A stretch of 64,000 nt of DNA from Cytophagaceae bacterium (GTDB taxonomy: Bacteria; Bacteroidota; Bacteroidia; Cytophagales; JAIYAX01), in NCBI GenBank assembly GCA_027488815.1, contig JAIYAX010000006.1, forward strand, positions 34,185 to 98,184, given 5' to 3'. The notes beneath the pieces were generated by a model. That model made no database searches and was not told the DNA's origin. It saw only the letters and a list, made by a program, of their open reading frames with translations. The position numbers were made by a program, and so were the translations under genes. This document shows, piece by piece, positions 8,607-18,354 of this stretch; position 1 is the stretch's first letter, and the number at the start of each line of letters is the position of its first letter.

Positions 8607-9503
8607 TTAACCATCCGACAAGGCTTCAGCTCCTCCCACGATTTCAAGAATTTCTTTCGTGATGGCTGCTTGTCTTGACCTGTTATACGTCAGTCTCAAC
8701 TCTTTTAAAAGCTCCCCTGCATTATCTGTCGCTTTGTCCATAGCGGTCATTCTTGCTCCATGCTCAGATGCATTGCTTTCAAGAATTGATTTATACAACT
8801 TGACATTGAGAGATTTAGGGATAAGCTCTCTGTAAATAGTAGCCTTATCCGGCTCGAAAATATAATCGTCATCAGTCTCACTGCCTGTTGGGCTATGATC
8901 GGTTTGTGTGTCAGCAAGAGGAAGAAACTGATTAACTCTTACAATCTGTGTGGCTACATTTTTAAACTCATTGTAAACCAGATATACCTTATCGTAAGTA
9001 CCATTGGCATAAGATGCCATCAAGTATTCTGATACCTTTTTTGAGTTGTTGAATGTCAATGCACTAAAGATCTGGACAAAGTTTAGATTCACGGAATAGC
9101 CCTTCCTTCCCATGTTTTCTCCACCCTTTTTACCTAAAGCCATAAACTCAACTTGTCCTTTACCAGCCAAATCAGGATAATTTTCCTGAATGTAACCAAG
9201 AGCTCCTTTTGAAACATTGCTATTAAACGCTCCACAAAGCCCCCGATCAGATGTAATTAACACGAAGAGTACCTTTTGAACAGGCCTTACTTTGGTATAA
9301 TCACTTTCAGTTGCCCCTTCTTCTACGCCTCTTGTGATGTTATTTAATATACCGTCAAGCTTCTGAGCATAGGGACGCATCTGCATGATGGCCTCCTGAG
9401 CTCTTCTCAGCTTTGCAGCAGCCACCATTTTCATTGCTTTGGTGATCTGCTGAGTAGACATGACCGATTGGATACGGCTCCTGACCTCTTTTAGTCCTGG
9501 CAT
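8607..9503 (-). CDS. atpG: F0F1 ATP synthase subunit gamma
   Basis: 298 aa with a typical gamma N-terminus (LKEVRSRIQSV..TQQITKAMKMVAAAKLRRAQ) and C-terminus (LTYNRSRQAAITKEILEIV). It follows atpA. Confidence 0.95.
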   Translation of the reverse strand: MPGLKEVRSRIQSVMSTQQITKAMKMVAAAKLRRAQEAIMQMRPYAQKLDGILNNITRGVEEGATESDYTKVRPVQKVLFVLITSDRGLCGAFNSNVSKGALGYIQENYPDLAGKGQVEFMALGKKGGENMGRKGYSVNLNFVQIFSALTFNNSKKVSEYLMASYANGTYDKVYLVYNEFKNVATQIVRVNQFLPLADTQTDHSPTGSETDDDYIFEPDKATIYRELIPKSLNVKLYKSILESNASEHGARMTAMDKATDNAGELLKELRLTYNRSRQAAITKEILEIVGGAEALSDG

Positions 9504-9512
9504 ACGCTAAGA

Positions 9513-11093
9513 TCAGTAGGTGTACTTGGAAGAAATGGACTTCGCTACCGCTTTTAGCTGATCAGTGACACTGTCATCAATCTTTCCTTTGGCTAAATCA
9601 GCCAACAACTCTTTGTTCTGAGCCTTTAAAATGATTGTTAGCTCGTGTTCAAAATCTTTCACTTTTGAAGGAGGAACCATGTCAATGGCACCTGAGGTAG
9701 ACAAGTAGATAATTGCCACCTGAAGTTCTACCGGAACTGGTGAGTATTGGGCTTGTTTCAGAATCTCCTGGTTACGACGACCACGCTCAATGGTAAGCTT
9801 TGTAGCGGCATCTAGGTCAGATCCAAATTTTGAAAAGGCCTCTAGTTCCCTGAACTGAGCTTGATCCAACTTCAACGTACCGGCTACTTTCTTCATTGAC
9901 TTGATCTGAGCACTACCTCCAACCCTGGATACAGAAATACCTACGTTGATCGCCGGACGAATACCTGAGTTGAACAGGTTGGTTTCAAGAAATATCTGTC
10001 CATCCGTAATCGAAATCACATTGGTAGGAATATATGCTGACACATCCCCTGCCTGAGTTTCGATAATTGGTAATGCAGTAAGCGATCCACCGCCTTTCAC
10101 TTTTCCTTGCAGTGAGGGAGGAAGGTCATTCATGGACTGTGCGATGCTATCAGAAGAAATTATTTTAGCTGCACGCTCGAGCAAACGGCTATGCAAGTAG
10201 AATACGTCACCAGGATAGGCTTCACGTCCCGGAGGTCTTCTAAGCAAAAGCGATACTTCACGGTAAGCAACTGCCTGCTTTGACAAATCATCATAAACCA
10301 CAAGAGCAGGTCTTCCGGTATCTCTGAAGAATTCACCAATAGATGCACCAGTAAATGGAGCGAAGAACTGCATGGGTGCAGGATCGGAGGCTGAGGCAGC
10401 AACCACTACGGTATAAGGCAATGCACCTCCTTTATCAAGGGCATTTACTACCTGAGCTACTGTACTTGCTTTTTGGCCAATGGCAACGTAGATGCAAAAA
10501 ACCGGCTGACCTTTTTCAAAAAACTCTCTTTGGTTGATAATGGTATCAATCGCAACTGCCGTTTTACCGGTTTGCCTGTCTCCAATGATGAGCTCACGCT
10601 GACCTCTACCGATAGGAATCATCGCATCGATGGCCTTGATACCCGTTTGCAACGGTTCGTTTACGGGCTGCCTGAAGATTACTCCTGGAGCCTTTCGCTC
10701 GATTGGCATTTCAAAAAGTTCACCTGCAATAGGACCTTTGCCATCAATTGGATTACCCAGTGTATCAACTACTCTGCCCAGCATACCATCACCTACCATT
10801 ACAGAGGCAATACTTTTGGTACGCTTCACAGAGTCTCCTTCTCTAATTCCTTTAGAGTCGCCAAAAAGTACAGCTCCGACATTATCCTCTTCTAGGTTGA
10901 GAACTAAGCCTTTAAGTCCGTTTTCAAATTCGATAAGCTCACCTGCCTGTACGCTTAACAAGCCGTATATACGAGCTACCCCGTCTCCTACTTGCAAAAC
11001 AGTACCTACTTCTTCAAGTTCAGCGGTAGTTTTTTGATTTGAAAGCTGCTCTCTTAGTATCGCTGTTACTTCGTCTGGTCTGATTTCTGCCAT
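9513..11093 (-). CDS. atpA: F0F1 ATP synthase subunit alpha
   Basis: 526 aa with Walker A GDRQTGKT. Alpha-subunit sequence is conserved throughout. Confidence 0.97.
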   Translation of the reverse strand: MAEIRPDEVTAILREQLSNQKTTAELEEVGTVLQVGDGVARIYGLLSVQAGELIEFENGLKGLVLNLEEDNVGAVLFGDSKGIREGDSVKRTKSIASVMVGDGMLGRVVDTLGNPIDGKGPIAGELFEMPIERKAPGVIFRQPVNEPLQTGIKAIDAMIPIGRGQRELIIGDRQTGKTAVAIDTIINQREFFEKGQPVFCIYVAIGQKASTVAQVVNALDKGGALPYTVVVAASASDPAPMQFFAPFTGASIGEFFRDTGRPALVVYDDLSKQAVAYREVSLLLRRPPGREAYPGDVFYLHSRLLERAAKIISSDSIAQSMNDLPPSLQGKVKGGGSLTALPIIETQAGDVSAYIPTNVISITDGQIFLETNLFNSGIRPAINVGISVSRVGGSAQIKSMKKVAGTLKLDQAQFRELEAFSKFGSDLDAATKLTIERGRRNQEILKQAQYSPVPVELQVAIIYLSTSGAIDMVPPSKVKDFEHELTIILKAQNKELLADLAKGKIDDSVTDQLKAVAKSISSKYTY

Positions 11094-11124
11094 TTCTTAT
11101 GTAAATTCTAAAGGTTAAAACAAC

Positions 11125-11682
11125 TCAAATTCCCTTTATGTAAGGGTTGTATGTAAAACTCTTCCGTAATTCAGCAATTTGCTTCTTCACAGATTTATCC
11201 AGGATTTTATCTTCGATCTTTAATTGAAAGCCCCCTATGAGGCCAGGTTCAACCACATGCGAAAACGAAATTTCTGATCCGGAAACTTTTTTTGCTAATG
11301 TTTCAAAATCAGAGATTATTGCTGCGCTTACAGGCCCTGAAGTTGTAAGCTGAGCCTTTTTGATGCCTTTACGACTTAGATATAGGTTCTGAAAAGCCTC
11401 AGCGATGGAAGGTAGGTACTTTTCTCTTTTGTTCTTTTTCATTAAAAGGTAAAAGGAACCCGTAATCGGATGCAAACTTCCTTTGAAGATACGACTAACG
11501 ATATCATACTTTTTGTCATGATGGATAACCGGATTGTTCAGCATCATCACAAAATCACGATTTTGATTGCAAACTGCCGTAAGGGATTGCATATCCTTCA
11601 ACACTTCCTCCAGCGCTGACTTGTCTTCTGCCAGCTCAAGCAGAGATTTGGCGTACCTATAGGCTACTTTATGGTCAAGCAT
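11125..11682 (-). CDS. atpH: F0F1 ATP synthase subunit delta (OSCP)
   Basis: 185 aa with OSCP-like N-terminus (VAYRYAKSLLELA). It sits between atpF and atpA. Confidence 0.85.
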   Translation of the reverse strand: MLDHKVAYRYAKSLLELAEDKSALEEVLKDMQSLTAVCNQNRDFVMMLNNPVIHHDKKYDIVSRIFKGSLHPITGSFYLLMKKNKREKYLPSIAEAFQNLYLSRKGIKKAQLTTSGPVSAAIISDFETLAKKVSGSEISFSHVVEPGLIGGFQLKIEDKILDKSVKKQIAELRKSFTYNPYIKGI

Positions 11683-11697
11683 CTGCTTTTTATCTCT

Positions 11698-12192
11698 TTA
11701 GTTGAGTTTTGACTCTTTCAGGTAAGTCTGAACTAAATCCTGATTTTTCTGGTCATTTTTTAACTCTGATCGAAGTATTTTTTCAGCAATCTCAAGTGAA
11801 AGCTGGGCTACAAGGGTTCTAATTTCAGCTTTTGCAGACTCTTTCTCGGTGTCGATGGCAGTTCTTGCCTTTTGCAAAATTTGGGCAGCCTCAGCTGAAG
11901 CCCTGTCAGCAGCCTCCTGCCTTAAAAGATTGGCCGCCTGAGCAGCTTCTTTGATGATTTTATCTCGCTCTAGTCTTGCTTCCTGAAGAAGTTTCTCGTT
12001 ATCGGAAGTAAGTTTTTGAATGTCTTCTCTTGCTTTTTCAGCCGCCCTTAAGGCGTCTTCAATAGATGCCTCTCTTTCTTTTACTGCAGAAAGCATGGGC
12101 TTCCAGGCATACTTGCCTAAAACAAATAGCAAAATGAGGAATACCAGGGTAGTCCAGAAAATCAGACCTATACTAGGGGTTACAAGTTCCAT
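11698..12192 (-). CDS. atpF: F0F1 ATP synthase subunit b
   Basis: 164 aa with a single N-terminal TM helix followed by a long charged Ala/Glu/Lys-rich helix. The operon position fits. Confidence 0.85.
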   Translation of the reverse strand: MELVTPSIGLIFWTTLVFLILLFVLGKYAWKPMLSAVKEREASIEDALRAAEKAREDIQKLTSDNEKLLQEARLERDKIIKEAAQAANLLRQEAADRASAEAAQILQKARTAIDTEKESAKAEIRTLVAQLSLEIAEKILRSELKNDQKNQDLVQTYLKESKLN

Positions 12193-12220
12193 TTCAATAT
12201 TATTTAGGGTGTTTCAAAAT

Positions 12221-12251
12221 AGCAGGAAAGAGGCTATCCCTCTCTCCTGCT
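12221..12251 (-). promoter_or_regulatory. Intra-operon stem-loop between atpE and atpF
   Basis: Arms agcaggaaagagg (12221-12233) and cctctctcctgct (12239-12251) give 13 bp with one mismatch. On the transcribed strand the hairpin is followed by ATTTTGAAA. Confidence 0.45.
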
Positions 12252-12270
12252 TTCTTTTGATGATTCGAGC

Positions 12271-12510
<240 letters not shown>

Positions 12511-13611
12511 TTAATGGTGTTCATCATGCTCTTCAACTGCCATACCGATGAACAAGGCTGACAAAAGTGTAAATATAAATGCCTGTAAAGCTGCCACAAG
12601 CAGTTCAATCGTATTGATGAACAAAACAAAACCTATGGAAACCGGGGCGATCAAAATCGTTTTGAAAATGAAAATGAGTGAAATCAAACTTAAGATGATG
12701 ATGTGCCCTGCCGTAATGTTTGCAAACAAACGAATCATCAAAGCAAATGGCTTAGAAATCACCCCAATAAGTTCAACCGGGATCATAATGATGTAAAGCC
12801 AGGAAGGAACTGCCGGCTTGAAAATATGTCCCCAATACGATTTCGTTCCGCTGAAATTGGTGATCACCGCTGTGAACATGGCCAAGGTAAGGGTAAAGGC
12901 TATATTTCCGGTAAGGTTGGCACTGAATGGGAAGAAAGGGATCAAGCCAATCAGGTTGTTGATCCAAATGAAGAAAAATGCTGTAAGTAAATAGGGCATG
13001 TACTTCAGGTATTTCTTCTCGCCAATGTTTGGCCTTGCAATCTCATCACGGACATAAACAACCAATGGCTCCATAAAGCCTGACAATCCTCTTGGGATGC
13101 CTTGATTCCTTTTATAAGATGAGGCTACAGGGATGAATATAAGTAGCAATAAAATGGCTGATAAAAAGAGAGAGAAAACATTTTTTGTGATCGAAAAATC
13201 CCAGGGCTTGGCATTTAGAGGATGCCCTTCTGAGTCAAGTTGCAAAGCACCGTTTTCGTCAGCGTAATAAATCTTTTCATGGTACTTAAGAAGCTTTACC
13301 CCATTCTTTTCAACCACGTGCTTGCCTTGATCATCATGATGGAACTCAGATGAGAGAAATGTGACTAAGCCCTGATCGGTCCATAAGATAATCGGCAATG
13401 GCAAAGAAACGGAGCGATCCCCTTCTCCCAGAATGTGAAACTCATGGGCATCAGCCACGTGATGCATGATAAGTTCTTTGGGGTCAAAAGCAGCAGATTC
13501 AGATGATTCTGTAGCAGCAGAGGCTGATCCTATGCTAAAAAATCCAAGAAACAGAACGAAGGATAAAAAACAAAAAAAGTTGCGGTTTCTGGTTAGTCGG
13601 CTTTCTATCAT
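12511..13611 (-). CDS. atpB: F0F1 ATP synthase subunit a (with long N-terminal extension)
   Basis: 366 aa with the conserved Arg motif MIRLFANITAGH. It has a signal-like N-terminus and an extra domain of roughly 110 aa. Confidence 0.92.
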   Translation of the reverse strand: MIESRLTRNRNFFCFLSFVLFLGFFSIGSASAATESSESAAFDPKELIMHHVADAHEFHILGEGDRSVSLPLPIILWTDQGLVTFLSSEFHHDDQGKHVVEKNGVKLLKYHEKIYYADENGALQLDSEGHPLNAKPWDFSITKNVFSLFLSAILLLLIFIPVASSYKRNQGIPRGLSGFMEPLVVYVRDEIARPNIGEKKYLKYMPYLLTAFFFIWINNLIGLIPFFPFSANLTGNIAFTLTLAMFTAVITNFSGTKSYWGHIFKPAVPSWLYIIMIPVELIGVISKPFALMIRLFANITAGHIIILSLISLIFIFKTILIAPVSIGFVLFINTIELLVAALQAFIFTLLSALFIGMAVEEHDEHH

Positions 13612-13655
13612 AGACTGTTACAGGTGCTCAGGTAGTATTTTCCTGAAAATTGACG

Positions 13656-13663
13656 CAAAGGTA
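13656..13663 (-). promoter_or_regulatory. Candidate -7 promoter box (TAccTTTG) upstream of atpB
   Basis: Exact TAnnTTTG on the minus strand, ending 44 nt upstream of the atpB ATG (13611). It lies in the 117-nt gap after the AtpI-like gene. No -33 TTTG occurs at canonical spacing. Confidence 0.35.
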
Positions 13664-13728
13664 TTGATTAAACTGACACTATATGCAGGGTATAAAAGAT
13701 TTTATCAACAGAAATATTTGCAATGTAT

Positions 13729-14112
13729 TTACTTACTATTCAGCAGGTTATAAGCAATTAGGCCTTGTAAAACCAAAGCACTTATTCCAAATGCCACGGT
13801 ACCTAGTCCGGAAACTAAAAGGCACTCCTCAGAGGCAGAAAAACCAAACGCTGATACAAGACCCAGCGAGATCATGAGGACCATACCTGTACCCATGAAC
13901 ACGAAGCCGGGGTAATCAGGCCACTTCTTTACAAGTCGAAAGAAAACCAGGTACAGAGCCAGTACCAAAGCTGCCGAAAGAAGTAGTAATTGATGAATGG
14001 ATGAGCCTTTAGTAGGGCATTCAAGTTTATTCAAAAAGTAATCGCAGACACCAAACAAAAGCATCAAAAAGCCTACCTGATAGATAAAGTACCGAAGGAA
14101 GAGTGCTTTCAT
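13729..14112 (-). CDS. Small 4-TM membrane protein, possible AtpI analogue
   Basis: 127 aa with four hydrophobic helices. It lies between atpZ and atpB, the slot atpI occupies in atpZ-atpI-atpB operons. Its start overlaps the atpZ stop by 4 nt. The call rests on position and topology only. Confidence 0.4.
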   Translation of the reverse strand: MKALFLRYFIYQVGFLMLLFGVCDYFLNKLECPTKGSSIHQLLLLSAALVLALYLVFFRLVKKWPDYPGFVFMGTGMVLMISLGLVSAFGFSASEECLLVSGLGTVAFGISALVLQGLIAYNLLNSK

Positions 14113-14327
14113 GATTCATTTCCCATTTTGATCGCCTCTTTTATTGCCAGATAAAGCGCCAAACCCACCCCTAATAAAGAACAAACAATAGAGGCCCAGT
14201 ACCCTCCGATTTTACGATCAATCCAAGTACCTAAATAAGCTCCTGAAGCAATCAATATCAGCATTTGAAAAGCTAAATTGCTTAACCTGAGCCAACGATT
14301 AGCTGGCCTTCTGTCGCTCTTTTGCAA
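14109..14327 (-). CDS. atpZ: AtpZ/AtpI family protein
   Basis: 72 aa, two TM helices, with the motif LRLSNLAFQMLILIASGAYLGTWIDRK typical of the ATPase_gene1/AtpZ family. Confidence 0.7.
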   Translation of the reverse strand: MQKSDRRPANRWLRLSNLAFQMLILIASGAYLGTWIDRKIGGYWASIVCSLLGVGLALYLAIKEAIKMGNES

Positions 14328-14721
14328 ACTGTTGATCTTGCTGAAGCTGTATTTCCTTCACGGTAGCACCCATTTTACATGTACCATTGAAGGTGGCTCC
14401 GGGCTCAATAGATAGCTTATTGGTAATGATGTCGCCGGTGATGATACAACTTGCTTTCAAAACGAGCAATTCACTGATCTCCACTTTTCCTATGATCTGC
14501 CCCGCAAACTCCGCATTTTGAGCTGTAACATTGCCTTCGATCACTGCTCCTTCTCCCTGTGCTACTTTTGATTTACATTTGATGTTTCCGATCAGTTTGC
14601 CTTCCAGCCTCAAGTTCCCATAGGTTTCTATATCCCCTTGAATGATAGTGCCCTTCCCAATCGTGTTGCTGGAATTACTTATTTCTACCAATTCTTTCCT
14701 GCTTTCTTTATTTGCAAACAT
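14299..14721 (-). CDS. Bactofilin (polymer-forming cytoskeletal protein, DUF583)
   Basis: Repetitive beta-helix pattern (GTIIQGDIETYGNLRLEGKLIGNIKCKSKV ... GNVTAQNAEFAGQIIGKVE ... ITGDIITNKLSIEPGATFNG). The ORF track starts at 14784. I prefer Met22 (ATG at 14721), 15 nt after the M23 stop. Confidence 0.8.
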   Translation of the reverse strand: MFANKESRKELVEISNSSNTIGKGTIIQGDIETYGNLRLEGKLIGNIKCKSKVAQGEGAVIEGNVTAQNAEFAGQIIGKVEISELLVLKASCIITGDIITNKLSIEPGATFNGTCKMGATVKEIQLQQDQQFAKERQKAS

Positions 14722-14735
14722 TGAACTACTTAGGT

Positions 14736-15608
14736 TTAGAGTGAAATGAACTCTGTCGGGTTCAGTGGGTTGCCATTGTGCCAAAGTTCAAGATGAAGAT
14801 GTGGCCCGGTCGATACTTCCCCGCTATCTCCGATGATGGCAATGATATCTCCGGCGCTTACAAAACTACCAACTTTCTTTAAAAGAAGGGAGTTATGCTT
14901 GTAAACAGAGACCAGGTTACTTTTATGCTGAATCGCAATCATGTAGCCAGCATCATGAGTCCAGGTGCTTAGGATCACCATTCCATCCGTAATGCTTTTT
15001 ACCGGTTCATCTTTCGGGGCAGCCAGATCTACTCCATAATGCCCTTTGCTCAGATTGAATTTTGAAGTAACAATTGCCCCACTGAGAGGTGAGAAAAAAA
15101 CTATTGAGCTAAACTCATTTTTATAGCTGATTGATGCATTGAAGTTGTATACCTGATCTCCCGCATCTTCAAACTCAGATCTAAGCTGAGAGTCAATCGG
15201 TGCAATGTAATCTAGTTCTATCCCATCCCCTGTCGTTGCACCAGCATTTTCTATAGCTGAAATGCCAACACTATCACCGTAGTCTGATACCATGACTCTC
15301 TTTAGGGAGCGAATGAAGCTGTTCTTCTGCTCTAACTGTATCTCCACAGAGTCAAGTCTTTGGCTTAGTGTCTTAAGCAATTTTTGATTAACCAGCTCAG
15401 GATCTTCTTTTGAAATAAGCTTTCGCACTACTTTCCGCTCCAGCCAAATAGACCCTCCCGAAACAAACGTGATGCTAGCAAATATAAGGATCAGCATGAG
15501 GGCATTATTCAGATTAAAGCTCAGCTTATCTGCGAAATTCTCTTCATTTCGGATAATCACACTGAACTTTCGGGTAAGCCACTCAGTAAGTGTATTTCTT
15601 CTTTTCAA
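14736..15608 (-). CDS. M23 family (LytM-type) metallopeptidase, membrane anchored
   Basis: 290 aa with an N-terminal TM helix and a coiled segment. The M23 catalytic motifs HYGVDLAAP and GPHLHLELW are present. TTG start in the ORF track. Confidence 0.85.
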   Translation of the reverse strand: MKRRNTLTEWLTRKFSVIIRNEENFADKLSFNLNNALMLILIFASITFVSGGSIWLERKVVRKLISKEDPELVNQKLLKTLSQRLDSVEIQLEQKNSFIRSLKRVMVSDYGDSVGISAIENAGATTGDGIELDYIAPIDSQLRSEFEDAGDQVYNFNASISYKNEFSSIVFFSPLSGAIVTSKFNLSKGHYGVDLAAPKDEPVKSITDGMVILSTWTHDAGYMIAIQHKSNLVSVYKHNSLLLKKVGSFVSAGDIIAIIGDSGEVSTGPHLHLELWHNGNPLNPTEFISL

Positions 15609-15687
15609 AGGCGGGTCAGGAAAAAAGGCCTTAAAAATAACCAGAAGGATTGTGAAGCTATAACTTTTTTAGTTTTACACGATAATT

Positions 15688-18348
15688 GTGTTGCGGACGT
15701 TTCCATTGAGAATCGGTAATTCAGGGTTGTTTAGTTCAAAGAATATTTACTTACTAGGTGGTATCTTCTGCCTCATGCTCTCTTCCTGTTCAGTAGAGCG
15801 TAACAACGTTTTCAGTAAAAGCTACCATAATACCACTGCCCGGTACAACGGCTATTTCCTTGCTAAAGAGAAAATGAAAGAAGTGCAACTGGAGCTTCGC
15901 AAAAACCACAAAGAGGACTACAATAAAATTTTGCCGATCTACTACCCTTTGAATACCAAGTCATCGGCTGCCGTTAACCCGATGCTGGAGGAAATCATTA
16001 AAAAGGCTTCTTTGCCTATTCAACGACATAAAAACAGCCGCTGGATAGAAGAAAGTTATATACTAATAGGCCGATCGAGATACTACAAGCAAGATTATGG
16101 CAATGCGATCGAAACCTTCAAATATGTCAATACCGTCAGCAAAAATGACAATGACCGACATGCCGCTTTAGTCCAGCTATTGCTCACATTTATTGCTGAC
16201 AACCAAATGAACAATGCCACAGCAGTAGTAGACTATCTTAACAAAGAGCAAATTGGCAAAAGGAAAGTCAAAAGAGATTTTTTTAAAGCAAAGGGGTTTT
16301 ACTTTTTTGTGAATAGCGACTACCCCAGAAGTATTTTAAATCTAAGAAGAGCCGAATACCTCACATACAACAAAGATGAAAGGGCAAGGCTACACTTCAT
16401 TATTGGCCAGCTATACCAGGCAACAAATAAAAACAATGCTGCCTACGTGCATTACAAGCTTTGCCTTCGAAGAGGACCTGAGTATGAACTGGGTTTTTAT
16501 GCAAAACTATACATGGCTCAAAGTCTCGAGCTTGAGAGGAAGGATGGAGCGAAAAGAATCAATAGGTATTTTCGTAAACTACTAAAAGACAAAAAGAACA
16601 TAGAGTATAAGGACAAGATTTATTATGAGATGGCAAAGTTTGAGCTTAAGAGGGACCAGGTCTCTAAAAGCATGGACTATCTCAAGCAATCATTGGCTGT
16701 GAGCACCAATCCTATACAAAAAGGCTACTCCTATCTGCTAGCCGGCGAAATTGCGTATGAACGATTGAGGGAATTTGAACTCTCAAAATTCTATTACGAC
16801 AGTGCGGTAAACAACTTAGATAAAACCCTGCCTCAATACCCCGAGATCGTCAAAAGACAAAAAGTGCTGGAAGAGTTTGTGGTCCAGCTTAAAATCATCC
16901 GAACGGAGGACAGTTTACAGGCATTGGCAAACCTCGATACGACTTCATTAAAGCTTTTGATAGAAAAAAAGGTAAGAGAAGAAATAGCCCGTTTCAGGTT
17001 ACAAAAAGAACAAGAAAAGAAAGCGGCTGTAAAAGAAAAAGCATTTGGGGGCATCGGTGATCAAGGTGCAGGCTCCGGACCTTCAAAAGGGGGCTTTTAT
17101 TTCAACGATCCATCCCAGATCGCAAGGGGAAAAAGTGATTTTAGTTTACGATGGGGTGCCAGACCACTGGAAGATAATTGGCGACGGTTAAATAAAGAAA
17201 AACTGATCCCCGAAGAGACCAACCCAGAAGAGCCAGAAAGTAAAGAAGAAGGCTCTTCTATAGTCAAATCAGAGAAAGAGCAAATGGCTGATGAAGAGAC
17301 TAAACTGGAAGCTTCTATCCGTAAGCAACTCCTTAAAGACATCCCAAAAGACAATAACACTTTGGAGGCTTCAAATGCCAGATTGTCAAAAGCACTCTAT
17401 ACTATAGGTAAAATTTATGATCAAAAATTAAAAGAACCGGAAAATGCTGTAATCAGGTTCGAAGAATTGATCAGGCGATTTCCCGATTATGAAAAAGAAG
17501 CTGAAGTCTTCTACTACTTGTACTTACTTCTTGAAAAACGTGATGCTGCAAAGGCTGAATACTACAAACAGCAGCTACTTTCCAAGTATAAAAATTCAAG
17601 CTATGCCCAGAGGCTCATTAACCCAAATTACATAGAAGAAAGCCGGGCAACGAATAGTTTGGTAAAAGCCATTTACAAAGAGGCATACAGTCTATACTCT
17701 GATGGATATTATCATCGATCCGATTCTATTGTAGCACTAGCCCTTCAAAACTATCCGATCAATGATTTAAAAGACAGGCTAACCCTATTGCGAGCGTTAA
17801 ACAGCGCCAAACTGGAAAATCTTGTGATTTATAAATCAAAGCTGTTGGCATTTACTGAAGAATATAAAAACAGTGAACTTGTTCCCTATGCCAAACAGCT
17901 GATTTTAAGCACTGAAGATTTCATCAATCAACAGATCGCAGATAAAAGTAAAAAAACAGCTAGCCCTGAAACCAAAACAGTAGAATACAAAAAGGAGGAC
18001 GATAAGCCCCACAGGATTGTGATCGCTTATTCAAACAATGAGATCGCCATGACTGACCAAATCAATGGACTTGCGACATTCAATGATCTAAACTTTTCAA
18101 GCGAGCAACTCAAAATCAACCAAATGATCTTTAACGATGTCTACCGATTCATTGTGGTGAAGGATTTCGAAAACAAATCTGCGGCTATGGTTTACCGTGA
18201 AAAGTTAACTGTTCTTGAAACACCATTGTCAGGGTTAAGAGACAGTGATTACACTACCTTTGCAATAAGTGAAAGTAACTTCTTTACCATGCTTAAATCA
18301 AAGAGACTGGACGACTACATGAGCTTTTTCAGGGAGCAGTATTATTGA
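15688..18348 (+). CDS. TPR-repeat lipoprotein, probable T9SS component PorW/SprE
   Basis: 886 aa with lipobox LMLSSC. After the lipid Cys comes NNVFSKSYHNTTARYNGYF, which I recall as the SprE/PorW-type N-terminal signature. TPR-like helices run throughout and a Glu/Lys-rich linker lies in the middle. GTG start. Confidence 0.5.
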   Translation: MLRTFPLRIGNSGLFSSKNIYLLGGIFCLMLSSCSVERNNVFSKSYHNTTARYNGYFLAKEKMKEVQLELRKNHKEDYNKILPIYYPLNTKSSAAVNPMLEEIIKKASLPIQRHKNSRWIEESYILIGRSRYYKQDYGNAIETFKYVNTVSKNDNDRHAALVQLLLTFIADNQMNNATAVVDYLNKEQIGKRKVKRDFFKAKGFYFFVNSDYPRSILNLRRAEYLTYNKDERARLHFIIGQLYQATNKNNAAYVHYKLCLRRGPEYELGFYAKLYMAQSLELERKDGAKRINRYFRKLLKDKKNIEYKDKIYYEMAKFELKRDQVSKSMDYLKQSLAVSTNPIQKGYSYLLAGEIAYERLREFELSKFYYDSAVNNLDKTLPQYPEIVKRQKVLEEFVVQLKIIRTEDSLQALANLDTTSLKLLIEKKVREEIARFRLQKEQEKKAAVKEKAFGGIGDQGAGSGPSKGGFYFNDPSQIARGKSDFSLRWGARPLEDNWRRLNKEKLIPEETNPEEPESKEEGSSIVKSEKEQMADEETKLEASIRKQLLKDIPKDNNTLEASNARLSKALYTIGKIYDQKLKEPENAVIRFEELIRRFPDYEKEAEVFYYLYLLLEKRDAAKAEYYKQQLLSKYKNSSYAQRLINPNYIEESRATNSLVKAIYKEAYSLYSDGYYHRSDSIVALALQNYPINDLKDRLTLLRALNSAKLENLVIYKSKLLAFTEEYKNSELVPYAKQLILSTEDFINQQIADKSKKTASPETKTVEYKKEDDKPHRIVIAYSNNEIAMTDQINGLATFNDLNFSSEQLKINQMIFNDVYRFIVVKDFENKSAAMVYREKLTVLETPLSGLRDSDYTTFAISESNFFTMLKSKRLDDYMSFFREQYY

Positions 18349-18354
18349 TAGCAG

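Noticed and set aside
10160-11037. Five ORFs inside atpA: a 60-, a 140- and a 135-aa plus-strand ORF antisense to it (10355-10537, 10473-10895, 10630-11037) and an 80-aa same-strand out-of-frame ORF (10160-10402)
   Set aside because: They lie wholly within the highly conserved atpA reading frame and have low-complexity Ser/Pro/Thr-rich translations. Such open frames are typical artefacts inside a real gene.
13282-13611. Long N-terminal extension of AtpB (about 110 extra residues with a signal-like start)
   Set aside because: As far as I recall, such extended a-subunits are common in Bacteroidota. I see nothing window-specific about it.
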